Notes under the pieces: model-generated
The model's database searches: none
Seen by the model: only the letters and a program-made list of their open reading frames with translations
What the model was told of the DNA's origin: nothing
Assembly: GCA_965223845.1 (NCBI GenBank)
Contig: CBDCXR010000004.1
Coordinates: forward strand, 5,280,001 to 5,344,000
Source of the DNA: Planctomycetota bacterium
Lineage (GTDB): Bacteria; Planctomycetota; UBA8108; SXIK01
Direction of reading: 5' to 3'
DNA: 64,000 nt
Shown here: in pieces, positions 39,582 through 50,288 of the stretch
Layout: the number at the start of each line of letters is the position of its first letter
How positions within the stretch are numbered: the first letter of the stretch is position 1
Translations under genes and position numbers: made by a program

Positions 39582-40157
39582 ATGGGACGCCGGCCCAAGT
39601 CGTCGCAAGGAGCGCGCGCCAACCGCCACGCCGGCCTCACGCCGTCGATTGCGCCGGCGGACGAGGGAGATCTCGACGCGATCGTCACCGCGAAGGAGGC
39701 TCCGTTCCTTCTCGTCCTCGACGGTGTTCAAGACCCGCACAATCTCGGGGCCTGCCTGCGCTCGGCGGATGCGGCCGGTGTCCACGCGGTCATCGCCCCG
39801 CGGAATCGCGCCGTCTCGATCACCGAGACGGTCGTTCGCATCGCCTGCGGTGCGGCCGAGACGGTGCCCTTCATTCAGGTCACGAACATCGCGAACACCC
39901 TGAAGGACCTTCAGAAGGCCGGAGTCTGGTTGGTCGGGACGGCGGACGACACCGAAACGCAGCTCTACGACGTCGACCTCCGCGGCTCGCTGGCCCTCGT
40001 CATGGGTGCGGAAGGCAAAGGGCTGCGCAGATTGACTCGCGACTGCTGCGACTCGCTCGTCCGCATCCCGATGGCGGGGAAGGTGGAGTGCCTCAACGTC
40101 TCCGTCGCGACGGGCGTTTGCCTCTTCGAGGCCGTGCGCCAGCGGCGGAGCCGATAG
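39582..40157 (+). CDS. rlmB: RlmB-like SPOUT 2'-O-methyltransferase (short form)
   Basis: [46 protein letters not shown]; the N-terminal domain is missing. Confidence 0.8.
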   Translation: MGRRPKSSQGARANRHAGLTPSIAPADEGDLDAIVTAKEAPFLLVLDGVQDPHNLGACLRSADAAGVHAVIAPRNRAVSITETVVRIACGAAETVPFIQVTNIANTLKDLQKAGVWLVGTADDTETQLYDVDLRGSLALVMGAEGKGLRRLTRDCCDSLVRIPMAGKVECLNVSVATGVCLFEAVRQRRSR

Positions 40158-40260
40158 CGCCAGCGGCGAATCCATCATCAGCGACAATCAATGGTTTCCC
40201 GCGGTCGCAATCTGACCGATGATGTCGGGCGACCTCTTACCCACTACACCTGGAGGAGCC

Positions 40261-40989
40261 ATGCTCACGACTCGAATCGTTCGAAATCTCTGCGTCGCCA
40301 GTCTGTCCGCCGGAGTGTGCGCTTCCGCTATCGCACAGGAAGACTCCAGCTCCGCCGGCGATGTGGTGAACGCCTACCTCGAAAAGGCCAAGCCGGGAGA
40401 GGAGCACGCGCGACTCAAGATGCTGGTCGGGAAGTGGAAGGTGGAAACCACCACGTACGGAGAAGAAGGCAAATCGCCGATGAAGTCCGAGGCCACGGCG
40501 GTGGTCCGGCCGATCTTCGGCGGGCAGTACTTTCGCGAGGACTACACCGGTGACTTTTTCGGGACGAAGTTCACCGGCATGGGGATCTACGGTTTCGACA
40601 AGGGGACGAAGAAGTTCGTGTCATCGTGGATCGATTCGATGTCCACGGGAATCGCGCGGAGCGTAGGTACCGCGATGGCGAACGGCGACATCGCGTTCCT
40701 CGGTGAGTACTACGATCCGGTGGAAGAGAGAATGGTCAAAACGAAATTCGTCCTCACGCTGAATTCGCGGAAGACGCATTCGGGGGTGTACTATTCGATC
40801 GCCGCCGACGGTAGCGAAAAGAAGATGATGGAGTTTGTCTACACCCGCGCGAAGGGCGGAAAGAAGGAACGGAAGAAGAACGCCGAGAAGGGTGAGAAGA
40901 AGGCGAAGAAGAAGGATCGCGACAAGAAGGGAGAGAATAAGAAGAAGGGCGAGAAGAAAAAGAAGAAGGACAAGGACGCGAGTATCTGA
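40261..40989 (+). CDS. DUF1579 protein with Lys-rich tail
   Basis: PGEEHARL..LVGKW...GIYGFD....FVSSWIDSMSTG; GGAGG RBS; signal peptide. Confidence 0.85.
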   Translation: MLTTRIVRNLCVASLSAGVCASAIAQEDSSSAGDVVNAYLEKAKPGEEHARLKMLVGKWKVETTTYGEEGKSPMKSEATAVVRPIFGGQYFREDYTGDFFGTKFTGMGIYGFDKGTKKFVSSWIDSMSTGIARSVGTAMANGDIAFLGEYYDPVEERMVKTKFVLTLNSRKTHSGVYYSIAADGSEKKMMEFVYTRAKGGKKERKKNAEKGEKKAKKKDRDKKGENKKKGEKKKKKDKDASI

Positions 40990-40999
40990 GTGAGCTCGA

Positions 41000-41071
41000 A
41001 ATCCGCTAAGAATCTCGGCGCGCCTGCGTCTACATCCGTGGACGCCGGCGCGCCGAGCGACCGAGCGGATT
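41000..41071. repeat. Long imperfect palindrome (hairpin)
   Basis: AATCCGCT...CTCGGCGCGCC.GCGTCTAC/GTGGACGC.GGCGCGCCGAG...AGCGGATT. Confidence 0.6.
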
Positions 41072-41135
41072 CGAAGGCGCGCTAGGAGTGGGCGAACGGC
41101 GTCCCGAACGCCACACACTCCCGCGGAGATCTCCG

Positions 41136-41828
41136 ATGAACTTGAAGCGACGCTGCACCATCGCGCTCGCCGGCTGCCTCGCCCTCGCTCTCGCTACGTG
41201 GGTTGGATTTCTCGTCTATGTCGAGAGCTCGCGCGTTCGCTACGCCGAGAACGTCATCCTGCGTGAGGCCGCGCGTCCCGAATCGGTCTGGCGCATCTCG
41301 GGACCCGACGACAACGCCCTCATCCGCGTGGGCGGCGGGCCGTTCAAAGGCTGGTACCTCGCCGCCGACGATCGGATCGATCCGGTGCCCACTTCGGCCG
41401 ATCAGATGATCTATCTGAGCTTCGAGGTGAAACCCGGTCCGTACGTGCGAAATCTGTACCTTCGAAAGAAACGGGGGCTCGATTGCTACTGGCGCATCAC
41501 CCGGACGCCGTCGGACGAGCGTCGGATCCAGTCGAAGAACGACGGGCGCTACGAAAACTGGTATCTCGACCTCTTGCAGACGTGCCGCCCAGATGCGAAC
41601 CGCGCTCCGCGAACCGCGTGGAACCTCGTCCTCAACCAGAACCAGGCCCCAGGAACTCAGTGGGTGATCACTCCGGACGGGGAAGGAATGCGCATTCAGG
41701 CGACGTGCGAACCTTTCGCCGGCTGGTTTCTCGATTGCCTCTTCGGCGCGCACGTACTCGAGCGGAGGCTCGGAGACGGTGCTGAGCCACGTCAGCGGCA
41801 GTCGCCGCCGCTCGCGAAGCGGAACTAG
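41136..41828 (+). CDS. Hypothetical membrane-anchored protein with three internal repeats (possible beta-trefoil)
   Basis: N-terminal TM, then three N-x-x-L...W-x-I...I...[FY]-x-[GN]-W-[YF]-L units. Confidence 0.65.
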   Translation: MNLKRRCTIALAGCLALALATWVGFLVYVESSRVRYAENVILREAARPESVWRISGPDDNALIRVGGGPFKGWYLAADDRIDPVPTSADQMIYLSFEVKPGPYVRNLYLRKKRGLDCYWRITRTPSDERRIQSKNDGRYENWYLDLLQTCRPDANRAPRTAWNLVLNQNQAPGTQWVITPDGEGMRIQATCEPFAGWFLDCLFGAHVLERRLGDGAEPRQRQSPPLAKRN

Positions 41829-42089
41829 CTGGACGAGGAGCGCGTTCCAGATCCGTTCGCATTCGCGAGCCTCCCGCCGAACGCTCCGCGATGGTTCGAC
41901 CCACGCGTGTGCGGTCGACGTTCGGCTCGCTCGACCGGAGCCGCCTTGACCCGGTTCGGTCGGCTGCGAAGATGGGGCGAGTTGAACTTGCGCGGCGGCA
42001 AGACGGCCGAACGAATTCTCGCGGAGAGAGTACAGGTGATCGGAGCACGTTCGGCGAAGTCCCGCCCTCTGATCGTCACGCCGCCCTCC

Positions 42090-45000
42090 ATGGCTCGCTC
42101 GCTTTCGTCTCGATGCGCCGCGTTCTTGTCGGTGTCGGCCCTGCTCCTCGCATGCGCGACGGCGAACGCTCAATCGGGCCGCTCACCCGATGGCTCGAAG
42201 CCGGAGAAGACTGCCGCCGTCCGCGCCCGGTTCGCAGACGACGCCCGACCACTCCTGGCGAAGTACTGCCACCGCTGCCACAACGAAAAGCGAATGAGGT
42301 CGGGAGTCCGCCTCGACGACCTCGCCGGCGAGATCCAGGATCGAGATATCCGCTTTTGGATGAAGATCCTCGAAGTGGTGAGCGAAGAGGAGATGCCGCC
42401 GGAAGACGAGCCTCAGCCCTCATCCGAAGAGCGAAGAATCGTCACGGATTGGATCGGCGAGGCGATCCGGCTCGCACTCTCGCGCGAGCGGGAGAAGAAC
42501 GGCTCGGCCCGCCGGCTCACGGTTGCGCAGTATCGCCGGACTCTGCGGGATCTGCTCGGACTCGAGGAAGACCTCACCGAGATCCTGCCACCGGATGCGA
42601 TCTCGAAGGACGGATTCCTCAACAACGCGGAAACTCTAGAGCTGTCGCCGCTCCTCGTCGAAGCGTACTTCGACATCGCGGAACAGGCGCTCGATCTTTC
42701 GCTCGTCGATGAATCGTCGACGCCGGTGATTCAGAACTTCCGCGTCGATCTCGGCCGGGGGATCAACACGCAGCCGTACCCCGACAAGCTGATTCTCGGG
42801 GCGAACAGTCACCTTCTTCGGAACGAAGACTTCGTCGTCAGCGAGCTCGTTCCGTCGAAGCTTTTTTCGTTCGAGTCGTTTCGAATGCGAACGAAGTATC
42901 GCTTCATCGAGGGATATCGCGGGAACGACACCGTGCGCGGATGGCGCGATTACGACAGCATCTACCACGCGGTGTTCGCATGCATGCGGGGAACGGAGGG
43001 CTACCCGAAAGGCATCGCCTACGAGACGGTTCCAGAGGGCCTCCTCCTCCGGCCGGCGATACCGAGTGCGGAGATCTTCGAGGTCGAGAGCACGTACGGC
43101 CCGCGTGCGAACTTCAAGATCTCCCTGCGCGAGCTGCCCGATCACGGACGGTTTCGCGTCACCGTCCGCGCAGCGAAGTACGACGACGGACTCCTTCTCG
43201 AACGCGGGTCGCCGGCGATCGACGTCGATCCCGAGCGCAGCCTCTCGTCGCCTCTACGGTCCGAGCCGCAGCGGGTCGAGATCATCGAAGCCGGGGTCTA
43301 CCAAGTGGATGTCCACCTCGCACGCGAAGCTCCACCCGTTCCTCCCGATGCGTCGAGGCTCGACGATGCACTCGTCGGCGCGTGGGAGTTCGACGGTCAA
43401 TTGACGAGCGAGAGCATCCCCGGAACGAAGTCGCTCGTCGGTGAGCTCGCCGGAGAGGCCAAGCTGGTTCCCTCTCCCTTCGGAGAAGCGCTCTCGGTCG
43501 ACGGCCAAACCGGGAGTGTCGTCGTTCCGCGCGACGCGTCGATGGACGTCGGAGAGGGAGAGTTTACCGTCGCCGCATGGATCTTTCCTCGCGAGCTGCG
43601 CCAAGCCGGGATCGTCTCTCTGGGAGGCTACGGCTACACGCATGGGTGGCTCTTCGACATGCCGTCGGGAAACGGGATCCTCCGTGTCGAAACGGCCACC
43701 GCGGCGAATCAGTCGAACGGAACGGTGGCGTCGGCGTCCGGAGCGATTGTCAGAGGAGAATGGCAGCACGTCGCGGCAGTGATCCGGCGGGGCGAGAACA
43801 ACGCGCGCCTGTTCGTCAACGGGCGCGAAGTGGCCAGCGGAACAATTCACGGCGCGAACCTCGACAATTCCAAACGATCACTTCACATCGGGCGCGTCGA
43901 GGGCGCGAATCTTTTCGCCGGCGAGATCGACGCCGTTCGCTTCTATCGCCGAGCGCTCGCCGAGGCCGAACTCGAGGCGCTCGTCGAGCCCGGTCGCCGG
44001 TTCGCTCGCGCTCAGCGGAGAAAGGAAAAGCCGCAGGAACTCTCGCTTCAGCTCGGCGCGAGATCGTTCAGCGCCAAGCTCGAGCGACCTGCCTTTCTCG
44101 CGGTCCGATTGCTGGCGGGCCCGCTTCGGGTATCGGCTCGCTACGCCGGCAAGACGGCGCTCGAATCCGTCACCTTCACGCCGGTCGACGAAGCGAGCGA
44201 GCTTCACAATCGATTTCGAGTCTTCGAAGCGCGGTCGCCGCACCTCGGCGTCCATCTAGGCCTTCGACGCGACTGCGGCAGCACGCTCAACCGAGTCGGC
44301 GAGCCGCAGACGGTCTCATCGACGAACCTCGAGGAATTCGTCTTCGAGGGTGCGATCAACAACTTTCCGAGCCCCGACGTCGAGAAGGACAACGTCAACT
44401 ATCTCGCCGGAGTTCGCGAGATCGGTGTCCGAAGCGAGTACACGGACGGTCGCGACATGCCCCGGCTCCTCGTTCGATCGGTCGAGTTCGAGGGCCCGCT
44501 CTACGAATCGTGGCCGCCCGACTCGCATCGCCGGATCTTCATCGAGTCGGAGAGAAGAGACGACGCGCCGGCGTACGCGCTGGATATCTTGCGATCGTTC
44601 GCCACGCGCGCCTATCGACGGCCGGTGCGCGACGCCGAGCTGGCCTCCCTCCTCGCCGTTTGGGGAGAAGCTTTCGCTGAATCGGGAGACTTTAGGCAGA
44701 GCATCAAGAGTGCGCTCATCGTCGCACTCTCGTCACCTCAGTTTCTCTTTCTCATCGAGGACAGCGCTACCCCCGAGCCGGAACCGCTCGACTCCTACGA
44801 GCTCGCCGCGAAGCTGTCGTACTTTCTTTGGGACTCTCCGCCCGACCGTCGTCTTCTCGAGCTCGCTGCGGAGAATTCACTCCGGCGCAACCTCGACGTC
44901 GAGATCACGCGCCTCATTCGAGATCCACGCTTCGAGATCTTCGCCGACACGTTCAGTTCGCAGTGGCTCGGTCTCGAGAAGCTCGACGTCGTCGAATTCG

Positions 45001-45776
45001 ACCGCGAGCGCTATCCGCGCCTGACTCGCGATACGAAGTTCGAGCTCGGCAAGGAGCCGGCGCGGTTCGTTCAGCATCTCGTCCGGGAGAACCTATCCCT
45101 CAGCAATCTCGTTCGATCGAGCTTCATCCTCGCCAACGAGGTCGTCGCGAGCTACTACGACCTGGGCGAGCGAACGGAGAGCGGATTCGAGTTCGCGCCG
45201 GTCGAGCACGGGAGCGACCATCTCGGCGGAGTTCTCGCCCAGGCCGGAATCCTCGCGGCCCTCTCGGATGGACGAGAGTCGCATCCGATCAAACGCGGCG
45301 CGTGGCTCGCCCGGAAGCTCATCGCGGAGCCACCCGACGATCCGCCGCCGAACGTACCGGAGTTGCCGGAGGACGAAGGCGAATTGAGCCTCCGCGAGAA
45401 GCTCGAGCGCCATCGGAACGCGCGCGGCTGCAAGAAGTGCCACGAAGGTATCGATCCTTGGGGGCTCCCGCTCGAGGAGTTCGATGCGGGTGGACGCTAC
45501 CGGCCGGACCGACGCGGATCGGGTCGATCGACCTTACCGGACGACACTGAAATCTCCGGTGCCAACGAACTCAAGGCGTACCTCGTCGAAGGTCACATCG
45601 ACCAAGTTGCGTTCTCCTTTCTCAAGCACGTTGCGACCTATGCGACGGGTCGAACTCTGACCTACAACGAGCTCGAGTTTCTCCGGCGCGAAGGCCCGCG
45701 CTTGAAGTCGCGCGGATACCCGATGCAAGATATGGTTCGGTTCGTCGTCGAGAGCGAGCTCTTCCTCCAGAAGTAG
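42090..45776 (+). CDS. Planctomycete PSD/DUF1592-DUF1588-DUF1587 cytochrome c protein with an inserted LamG-like domain
   Basis: [19 protein letters not shown], LamG segment (FTVAAWI...WQHVAAV...[11 protein letters not shown]), [27 protein letters not shown]. Confidence 0.9.
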   Translation: MARSLSSRCAAFLSVSALLLACATANAQSGRSPDGSKPEKTAAVRARFADDARPLLAKYCHRCHNEKRMRSGVRLDDLAGEIQDRDIRFWMKILEVVSEEEMPPEDEPQPSSEERRIVTDWIGEAIRLALSREREKNGSARRLTVAQYRRTLRDLLGLEEDLTEILPPDAISKDGFLNNAETLELSPLLVEAYFDIAEQALDLSLVDESSTPVIQNFRVDLGRGINTQPYPDKLILGANSHLLRNEDFVVSELVPSKLFSFESFRMRTKYRFIEGYRGNDTVRGWRDYDSIYHAVFACMRGTEGYPKGIAYETVPEGLLLRPAIPSAEIFEVESTYGPRANFKISLRELPDHGRFRVTVRAAKYDDGLLLERGSPAIDVDPERSLSSPLRSEPQRVEIIEAGVYQVDVHLAREAPPVPPDASRLDDALVGAWEFDGQLTSESIPGTKSLVGELAGEAKLVPSPFGEALSVDGQTGSVVVPRDASMDVGEGEFTVAAWIFPRELRQAGIVSLGGYGYTHGWLFDMPSGNGILRVETATAANQSNGTVASASGAIVRGEWQHVAAVIRRGENNARLFVNGREVASGTIHGANLDNSKRSLHIGRVEGANLFAGEIDAVRFYRRALAEAELEALVEPGRRFARAQRRKEKPQELSLQLGARSFSAKLERPAFLAVRLLAGPLRVSARYAGKTALESVTFTPVDEASELHNRFRVFEARSPHLGVHLGLRRDCGSTLNRVGEPQTVSSTNLEEFVFEGAINNFPSPDVEKDNVNYLAGVREIGVRSEYTDGRDMPRLLVRSVEFEGPLYESWPPDSHRRIFIESERRDDAPAYALDILRSFATRAYRRPVRDAELASLLAVWGEAFAESGDFRQSIKSALIVALSSPQFLFLIEDSATPEPEPLDSYELAAKLSYFLWDSPPDRRLLELAAENSLRRNLDVEITRLIRDPRFEIFADTFSSQWLGLEKLDVVEFDRERYPRLTRDTKFELGKEPARFVQHLVRENLSLSNLVRSSFILANEVVASYYDLGERTESGFEFAPVEHGSDHLGGVLAQAGILAALSDGRESHPIKRGAWLARKLIAEPPDDPPPNVPELPEDEGELSLREKLERHRNARGCKKCHEGIDPWGLPLEEFDAGGRYRPDRRGSGRSTLPDDTEISGANELKAYLVEGHIDQVAFSFLKHVATYATGRTLTYNELEFLRREGPRLKSRGYPMQDMVRFVVESELFLQK

Positions 45777-45814
45777 ACCGCTTCCCCCGATACTGCGAGA
45801 GCGAGACGCCAACC

Positions 45815-47155
45815 ATGGACTCCAGCGCAAAGATCGATCGTCGTGCCGTGCTCAAGGGGATCGCGGGAGCGGCACTCGCACTCCCCGTACTCGAGGCGAT
45901 GGGAGAAGAAGTCGCCGGCCGCCCCCCGCGGCGGTTCTGCGCGCTCTATACGGCGAACGGCATGTCGCTCCCGAAGACTCAGCACGGGATCGACGACTGG
46001 AGCTGGTTCCCGACTGCGGCGAGCGACGGGCGGTTCGTGTTCGGAAAATCGACCGAACCCCTCACCCCCTTCCGAAAGAAGCTGAGCTTTCTCGGCGGCC
46101 TCTACCACCGGAACGGAACGAAGGCCGACCCGCACGTGTGCTCGGATATGTGGCTGACGGGCGCGCCGCTCCACGACGCGAAGCCCGGAACGTATAACAC
46201 GGTCGGACTCGACCAAGTCATCGCGCTCCACACGAAGCAGTACTGTCGCCAGCCCTCGCTCGTCCTTTCGATCGACGCGGGGACGGGCTTCCTCTCGCGC
46301 ACGGGCACGATCTCCTACAGCCTCGACGGCAGGCCGATCCCGGCGGAGAACCAGCCGCGCCGCGTCTTCGATCGCCTCTTCCGCGCCGATCGAGCTTCCC
46401 TCGAAGCTCAGCGCGACCGCCTGAAACGGCGACTGAAGCTCGTCGACGCCGTCGCGGACAGCACGCGCGCGCTCAATAAGAGGCTGGGGCGTTCGGACCG
46501 CGACAAGATGGACGAGTACCTGACGTCGCTCAATGAGATCGAGTCGAGGTTGATCGCGTCGGAGAAGTGGATCGACGTCCCGCTCAAGAAGCAGGATCAC
46601 TCGCATCTCGAACTCGACGTCACCTCAGAAGACGATCCCCACCGGTACTACCGGACGATGTTCGACCTAATCGCTCTCGCGTTCGACGCCGACATCACGC
46701 GAAGCGTCGCGTTCATGCTGAATCGCGAAGACGGGATGGGAATCAGCGACACATTCCCGCTCAAGCTCGGTCTCAGCCGGACGCACCACAGCCTCTCACA
46801 CGCCGGTGACAAGGAAGGGCAGCTCGAATTCGCGAAGTACGATCTTTTTCTCAGCCAGCAGCTCGCGCATTTTTTTGCGCGGCTCGAAGAGTACAAAGAT
46901 CGAAACGGCACCGTGCTCGACAACAGCATCGTTCTCTTCGGGAGCGGGGCGAGCACGACCCACTATCCGAAGAATCTTCCGACGCTCGTCGCCGGCGGGG
47001 CCAACATGGGCCTCCGCCACGGTCACTACTGGCGCGACGGCGAGACGCCGATGGCGAACGTGTTCCTCAGTATTCTCCGCTCGATGGGAATCGAAGAACC
47101 GTCGTTCGCCGACAGCTCCGGCGCCGCGGGTCGAGCGGTGTTCTCGCGGGTCTGA
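45815..47155 (+). CDS. DUF1552 protein (Tat signal)
   Basis: [44 protein letters not shown]; canonical partner of DUF1592 genes. Confidence 0.92.
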   Translation: MDSSAKIDRRAVLKGIAGAALALPVLEAMGEEVAGRPPRRFCALYTANGMSLPKTQHGIDDWSWFPTAASDGRFVFGKSTEPLTPFRKKLSFLGGLYHRNGTKADPHVCSDMWLTGAPLHDAKPGTYNTVGLDQVIALHTKQYCRQPSLVLSIDAGTGFLSRTGTISYSLDGRPIPAENQPRRVFDRLFRADRASLEAQRDRLKRRLKLVDAVADSTRALNKRLGRSDRDKMDEYLTSLNEIESRLIASEKWIDVPLKKQDHSHLELDVTSEDDPHRYYRTMFDLIALAFDADITRSVAFMLNREDGMGISDTFPLKLGLSRTHHSLSHAGDKEGQLEFAKYDLFLSQQLAHFFARLEEYKDRNGTVLDNSIVLFGSGASTTHYPKNLPTLVAGGANMGLRHGHYWRDGETPMANVFLSILRSMGIEEPSFADSSGAAGRAVFSRV

Positions 47156-47250
47156 CCAGGATCCGGGGCCGCCGACGGCAGTCGGGCCCCACCGGGGCGG
47201 CGAGAATCAGGCCTTCCCCCCCTTTCCCCCAAGAAACTGCTTTCGGGCCA

Positions 47251-47279
47251 TTGACTTGACCGAACGTTCGGTATAGACT
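47251..47279 (+). promoter_or_regulatory. Sigma70 promoter with a TetR operator in the spacer
   Basis: TTGACT-N17-TAGACT; perfect palindrome ACCGAACGTTCGGT at 47259-47272. Confidence 0.8.
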
Positions 47280-47297
47280 CCTCCGCAGGAGCTCAGA

Positions 47298-47870
47298 ATG
47301 CCGAACACGAAAGCCGAACCCGACACCATTCTCGACCGCCTCACCGACGTTTTTCGGACCGTCGGATACGAAGGTGCCACGCTGAGCAAGCTCTCCGAAG
47401 CCACGGGCCTCCAGCGGGCGAGCCTCTACCACCGCTTCCCCGGGGGGAAGCAGGATATGGCCGAAGCCGTGCTCGAACGCGCGGGCGAGTGGTTCGCGTG
47501 CCACATTCTCGAGCCGCTCTCGGGGACGGGCGCACCGCGCGCGCGGCTCGAAGGGATGGCGAAGAAGCTGAGCGCGTTTTACGAGCGAGGCGAAGCGTCC
47601 TGTCTCCTCGACACCCTGTCTTTCGGGGACGGGCGCGACATTTTCGAGACTCACATCGAAGGGGCATTCTCCGCCTGGATCGAGTCGATCGCGGCGCTCG
47701 TCGGAGACGCGACCCACTGCTCGAAGTCGATCGCGCGCCGCCGCGCGGAGGACGCCGTCATTCGCGTTCAGGGCGCGCTCGTCCTCGCCCGCGGCACCGG
47801 CGACACGAAACCGTTTCAGCGAGTCCTTCGGACTCTACCCGATGCTCTCTTGGGGAAAGGAGACGAGTGA
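47298..47870 (+). CDS. TetR/AcrR-family regulator
   Basis: FRTVGYEGATLSKLSEATGLQRASLYHRFPGGK HTH. Confidence 0.93.
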   Translation: MPNTKAEPDTILDRLTDVFRTVGYEGATLSKLSEATGLQRASLYHRFPGGKQDMAEAVLERAGEWFACHILEPLSGTGAPRARLEGMAKKLSAFYERGEASCLLDTLSFGDGRDIFETHIEGAFSAWIESIAALVGDATHCSKSIARRRAEDAVIRVQGALVLARGTGDTKPFQRVLRTLPDALLGKGDE

Positions 47871-47919
47871 CGCACGAGCCTTAGATGCGAGCCGTCCTTT
47901 TTTATTTGGCCGCACTCTT

Positions 47920-47935
47920 TACCGAACGTTCGGTA
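47920..47935. promoter_or_regulatory. Second TetR operator
   Basis: Perfect 16-bp palindrome TACCGAACGTTCGGTA, 30 nt upstream of the next ATG. Confidence 0.8.
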
Positions 47936-47964
47936 CAACCACTGACCACAAAAGGACCCAAGCC

Positions 47965-48339
47965 ATGAAAGCAGCCATCGCCATTCTCTCCGATCCCAAG
48001 AACGGCTCCGAAGAAGCCCTCGGACGACTCTTCAACGGTCTCGCCGCGGCCTACGACTTCAACCAGCGCGGCGACGAAGTGACCATTCTGTTCCAAGGCG
48101 CAGGAACGCGCTGGATCGGCGAGCTCGCGAAAGAAGACCACCCCGCGCACTCGCTCTTCGAGGAAGTGAGGGACGACGTGGCGGGAGTCTCCTGCGGATG
48201 CGCCGACGTCTTTGGCGGCAGCGAGGACGCGGAACGCTCCGGATTCGACCTCATCAAGGACAACCCCGTTCCGGGCACCACGGGTCTTCCGAGCCTCCAC
48301 AACCTCGTCGCGGAAGGCTACTCGGTACTGACGTTTTGA
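47965..48339 (+). CDS. DsrE-like protein
   Basis: EVTILFQGAGTRW...GVSCGCADVFG...LVAEGYSVLTF; AAGGA RBS. Confidence 0.75.
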   Translation: MKAAIAILSDPKNGSEEALGRLFNGLAAAYDFNQRGDEVTILFQGAGTRWIGELAKEDHPAHSLFEEVRDDVAGVSCGCADVFGGSEDAERSGFDLIKDNPVPGTTGLPSLHNLVAEGYSVLTF

Positions 48340-48417
48340 AGCAGTTCGGAGACGCATTCCGGTGCCGGCGCGGCAAGCGCGACGCGTCGGCACCGGAACA
48401 GAGCAAAGGATGAGACG

Positions 48418-49365
48418 ATGCGCATCGAGAATCCTTATCACGAAGGCGAGCAACTCGTGCAGGAGAGACTCGGCGAAGTCGAAGAAGGCCGCCGAAATGG
48501 CCGCGCCATCGCCGACTCGATCCTCAAGGGCGCGCTCAAATACATCGAGCAACAATCTCTCGTCGTCCTCGGAAGCATGGACGAGAAGGAGAGAGTTTGG
48601 GCGTCCGTCGTCATCGGAGACCCGGGGTTCATGAGAGCTCCCGACGAGAGGACGGTCGAGTTCAACCTCGATCTCGCGGCTCCCGTCCGGGCGGATCCCC
48701 TTTGGACGAACATCGAACGCGACTCCCGAGTCGGTACACTCGTCATCGATCTAGCGACACGCCGGCGGCTCCGCATCAACGGCCGAATCGAACGCCTCGA
48801 GCCGAATCGTTGGCGCCTCGACGTCGACGAATCCTATCCGAACTGCCCGAAGTACATTCAGCGCCGCCGCGTCGTCCCTCATCTCTCCGGCGAGGTGCAG
48901 GTCGATTCGTCGCCCCGACGGGGACGCGAGCTCGGCGCTGGCGAGTCGCAGCTCATCCGATCCGCGGACACGTTCTTCGTCGCGAGCGCGCATCCCGATC
49001 GCGGCGTCGACGCGTCGCACCGGGGCGGTCAGCCGGGATTCGTCAACGTGCTCGACGATCGACGCCTGCGCATCCCCGACTATCCGGGAAACCGGATGTA
49101 CAACACGCTCGGTAACTTCGCCGTCCACGCGCGCGCGGGCCTCGTGTTCATCGACTTCGAGCGAAGTCGCATCCTTCAGCTCGTCGGTCGACCCGAGATC
49201 GTTTGGCAGCGAGACGATCCCGCCAACGAAACCGGCGGTACGGATCGGTACTGGGAATTCGAAATCGACGAGTGGCTCGAGCTCGATCTCCCGCGGCGGC
49301 TCGAATGGGAGTTCCTCGACTACGCTAGCGAGAATCCTGGGCCGTCCCGGAATCGCGCGGACTAG
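48418..49365 (+). CDS. Pyridoxamine 5'-phosphate oxidase-like FMN-binding protein (tandem domains)
   Basis: YHEGEQLVQ, RRRLRING, YPNCPKYIQ, DASHRGG.PGFV, PDYPGN..YNTLGN. Confidence 0.9.
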   Translation: MRIENPYHEGEQLVQERLGEVEEGRRNGRAIADSILKGALKYIEQQSLVVLGSMDEKERVWASVVIGDPGFMRAPDERTVEFNLDLAAPVRADPLWTNIERDSRVGTLVIDLATRRRLRINGRIERLEPNRWRLDVDESYPNCPKYIQRRRVVPHLSGEVQVDSSPRRGRELGAGESQLIRSADTFFVASAHPDRGVDASHRGGQPGFVNVLDDRRLRIPDYPGNRMYNTLGNFAVHARAGLVFIDFERSRILQLVGRPEIVWQRDDPANETGGTDRYWEFEIDEWLELDLPRRLEWEFLDYASENPGPSRNRAD

Positions 49366-49607
49366 GCGAGTGTCGAACACCGAGCCGTTGCGCCCGAATC
49401 CGGCGTCTTCGGCGGACTCCTGATCCGACGCGCCCCGGTGAACGTGAACCGACCGCGGTAGCGGTTAGTGGGGATCGCGCGACTCCCTACGTTCGCCGAC
49501 GCGTAGTCGATCGCCGTCCGGATCGATGCGATGGTCGTACCGAAGGCGTCATGAGGTGCCGAGTCAAGCTTCGAACTAAGCCTTGGGCACCGGACAAGCG
49601 GACGGAG

Positions 49608-50159
49608 TCACGAGCATCGGTCGCCCTGGGAACAAATCGCCGCGAGCGCCTTTCCGGCCGCCTCACCAAGTCGCTTGTCAGTTTGTAGCTTTCGAAGAAT
49701 GGGGACGGCCGACGTGGCCCGCACTCCGTACCTTCCGATCTGAGCGACTGCCCACACGCGAATCGTCGACTCGGTGTCCTCGATTTCTCGGAGGAGGTAG
49801 GGCACGAGCGCGGCATCCAGCTCTTCGGTGATTCGCACGAGTGCGTTCATTACGGTCGCCCTCCGGACGGCCTCACCTCCGACGGTTCAGGTGTCGTCGA
49901 CGAACCCTTCAGCGTGACCATAGAGGCCAGACTCGCGGGCGGCTCTCATGAGCCGGGGAAACGCTCTGACGGAGCGGAGTTCTCCGAGCCGCGCCGTGGC
50001 GACTTGGCGCGTGTCGGCGTCCTTCGATTCAAGACGAAACAGATACCAACTCTCGAGAAGCCTGTCTCGGAAACAAAAGACGGTGCCGGCGACCACAAGG
50101 AGGGAAGTGAACCCTACCAGTAGAGTCCATCGAGTTTGTCGATTCAGTTCCTTTGGCAT
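49608..50159 (-). pseudogene. TM + HEAT-repeat gene interrupted by an in-frame TGA at 49887-49889
   Basis: ORFs 49887..50192 and 49608..49850 are in the same frame; the joined product has a TM and HEAT-like helices on both sides of the stop. Confidence 0.6.
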
Positions 50160-50288
50160 GGAAGCCTGTTCTCCCGATATCGATATCCGCACTCCTCAGG
50201 ATCGGTGCGAAACCGCCGTTTCCCCCCGGAAGCGAGCGAACGGGTGCGGCTCAGGACATTTCTATTCTCGTGCGTGAACGGGGACGAT

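Noticed and set aside
40855-40989. Purine-rich low-complexity AAG tract
   Set aside because: It encodes the Lys-rich tail of the DUF1579 protein and is not a separate repeat element.
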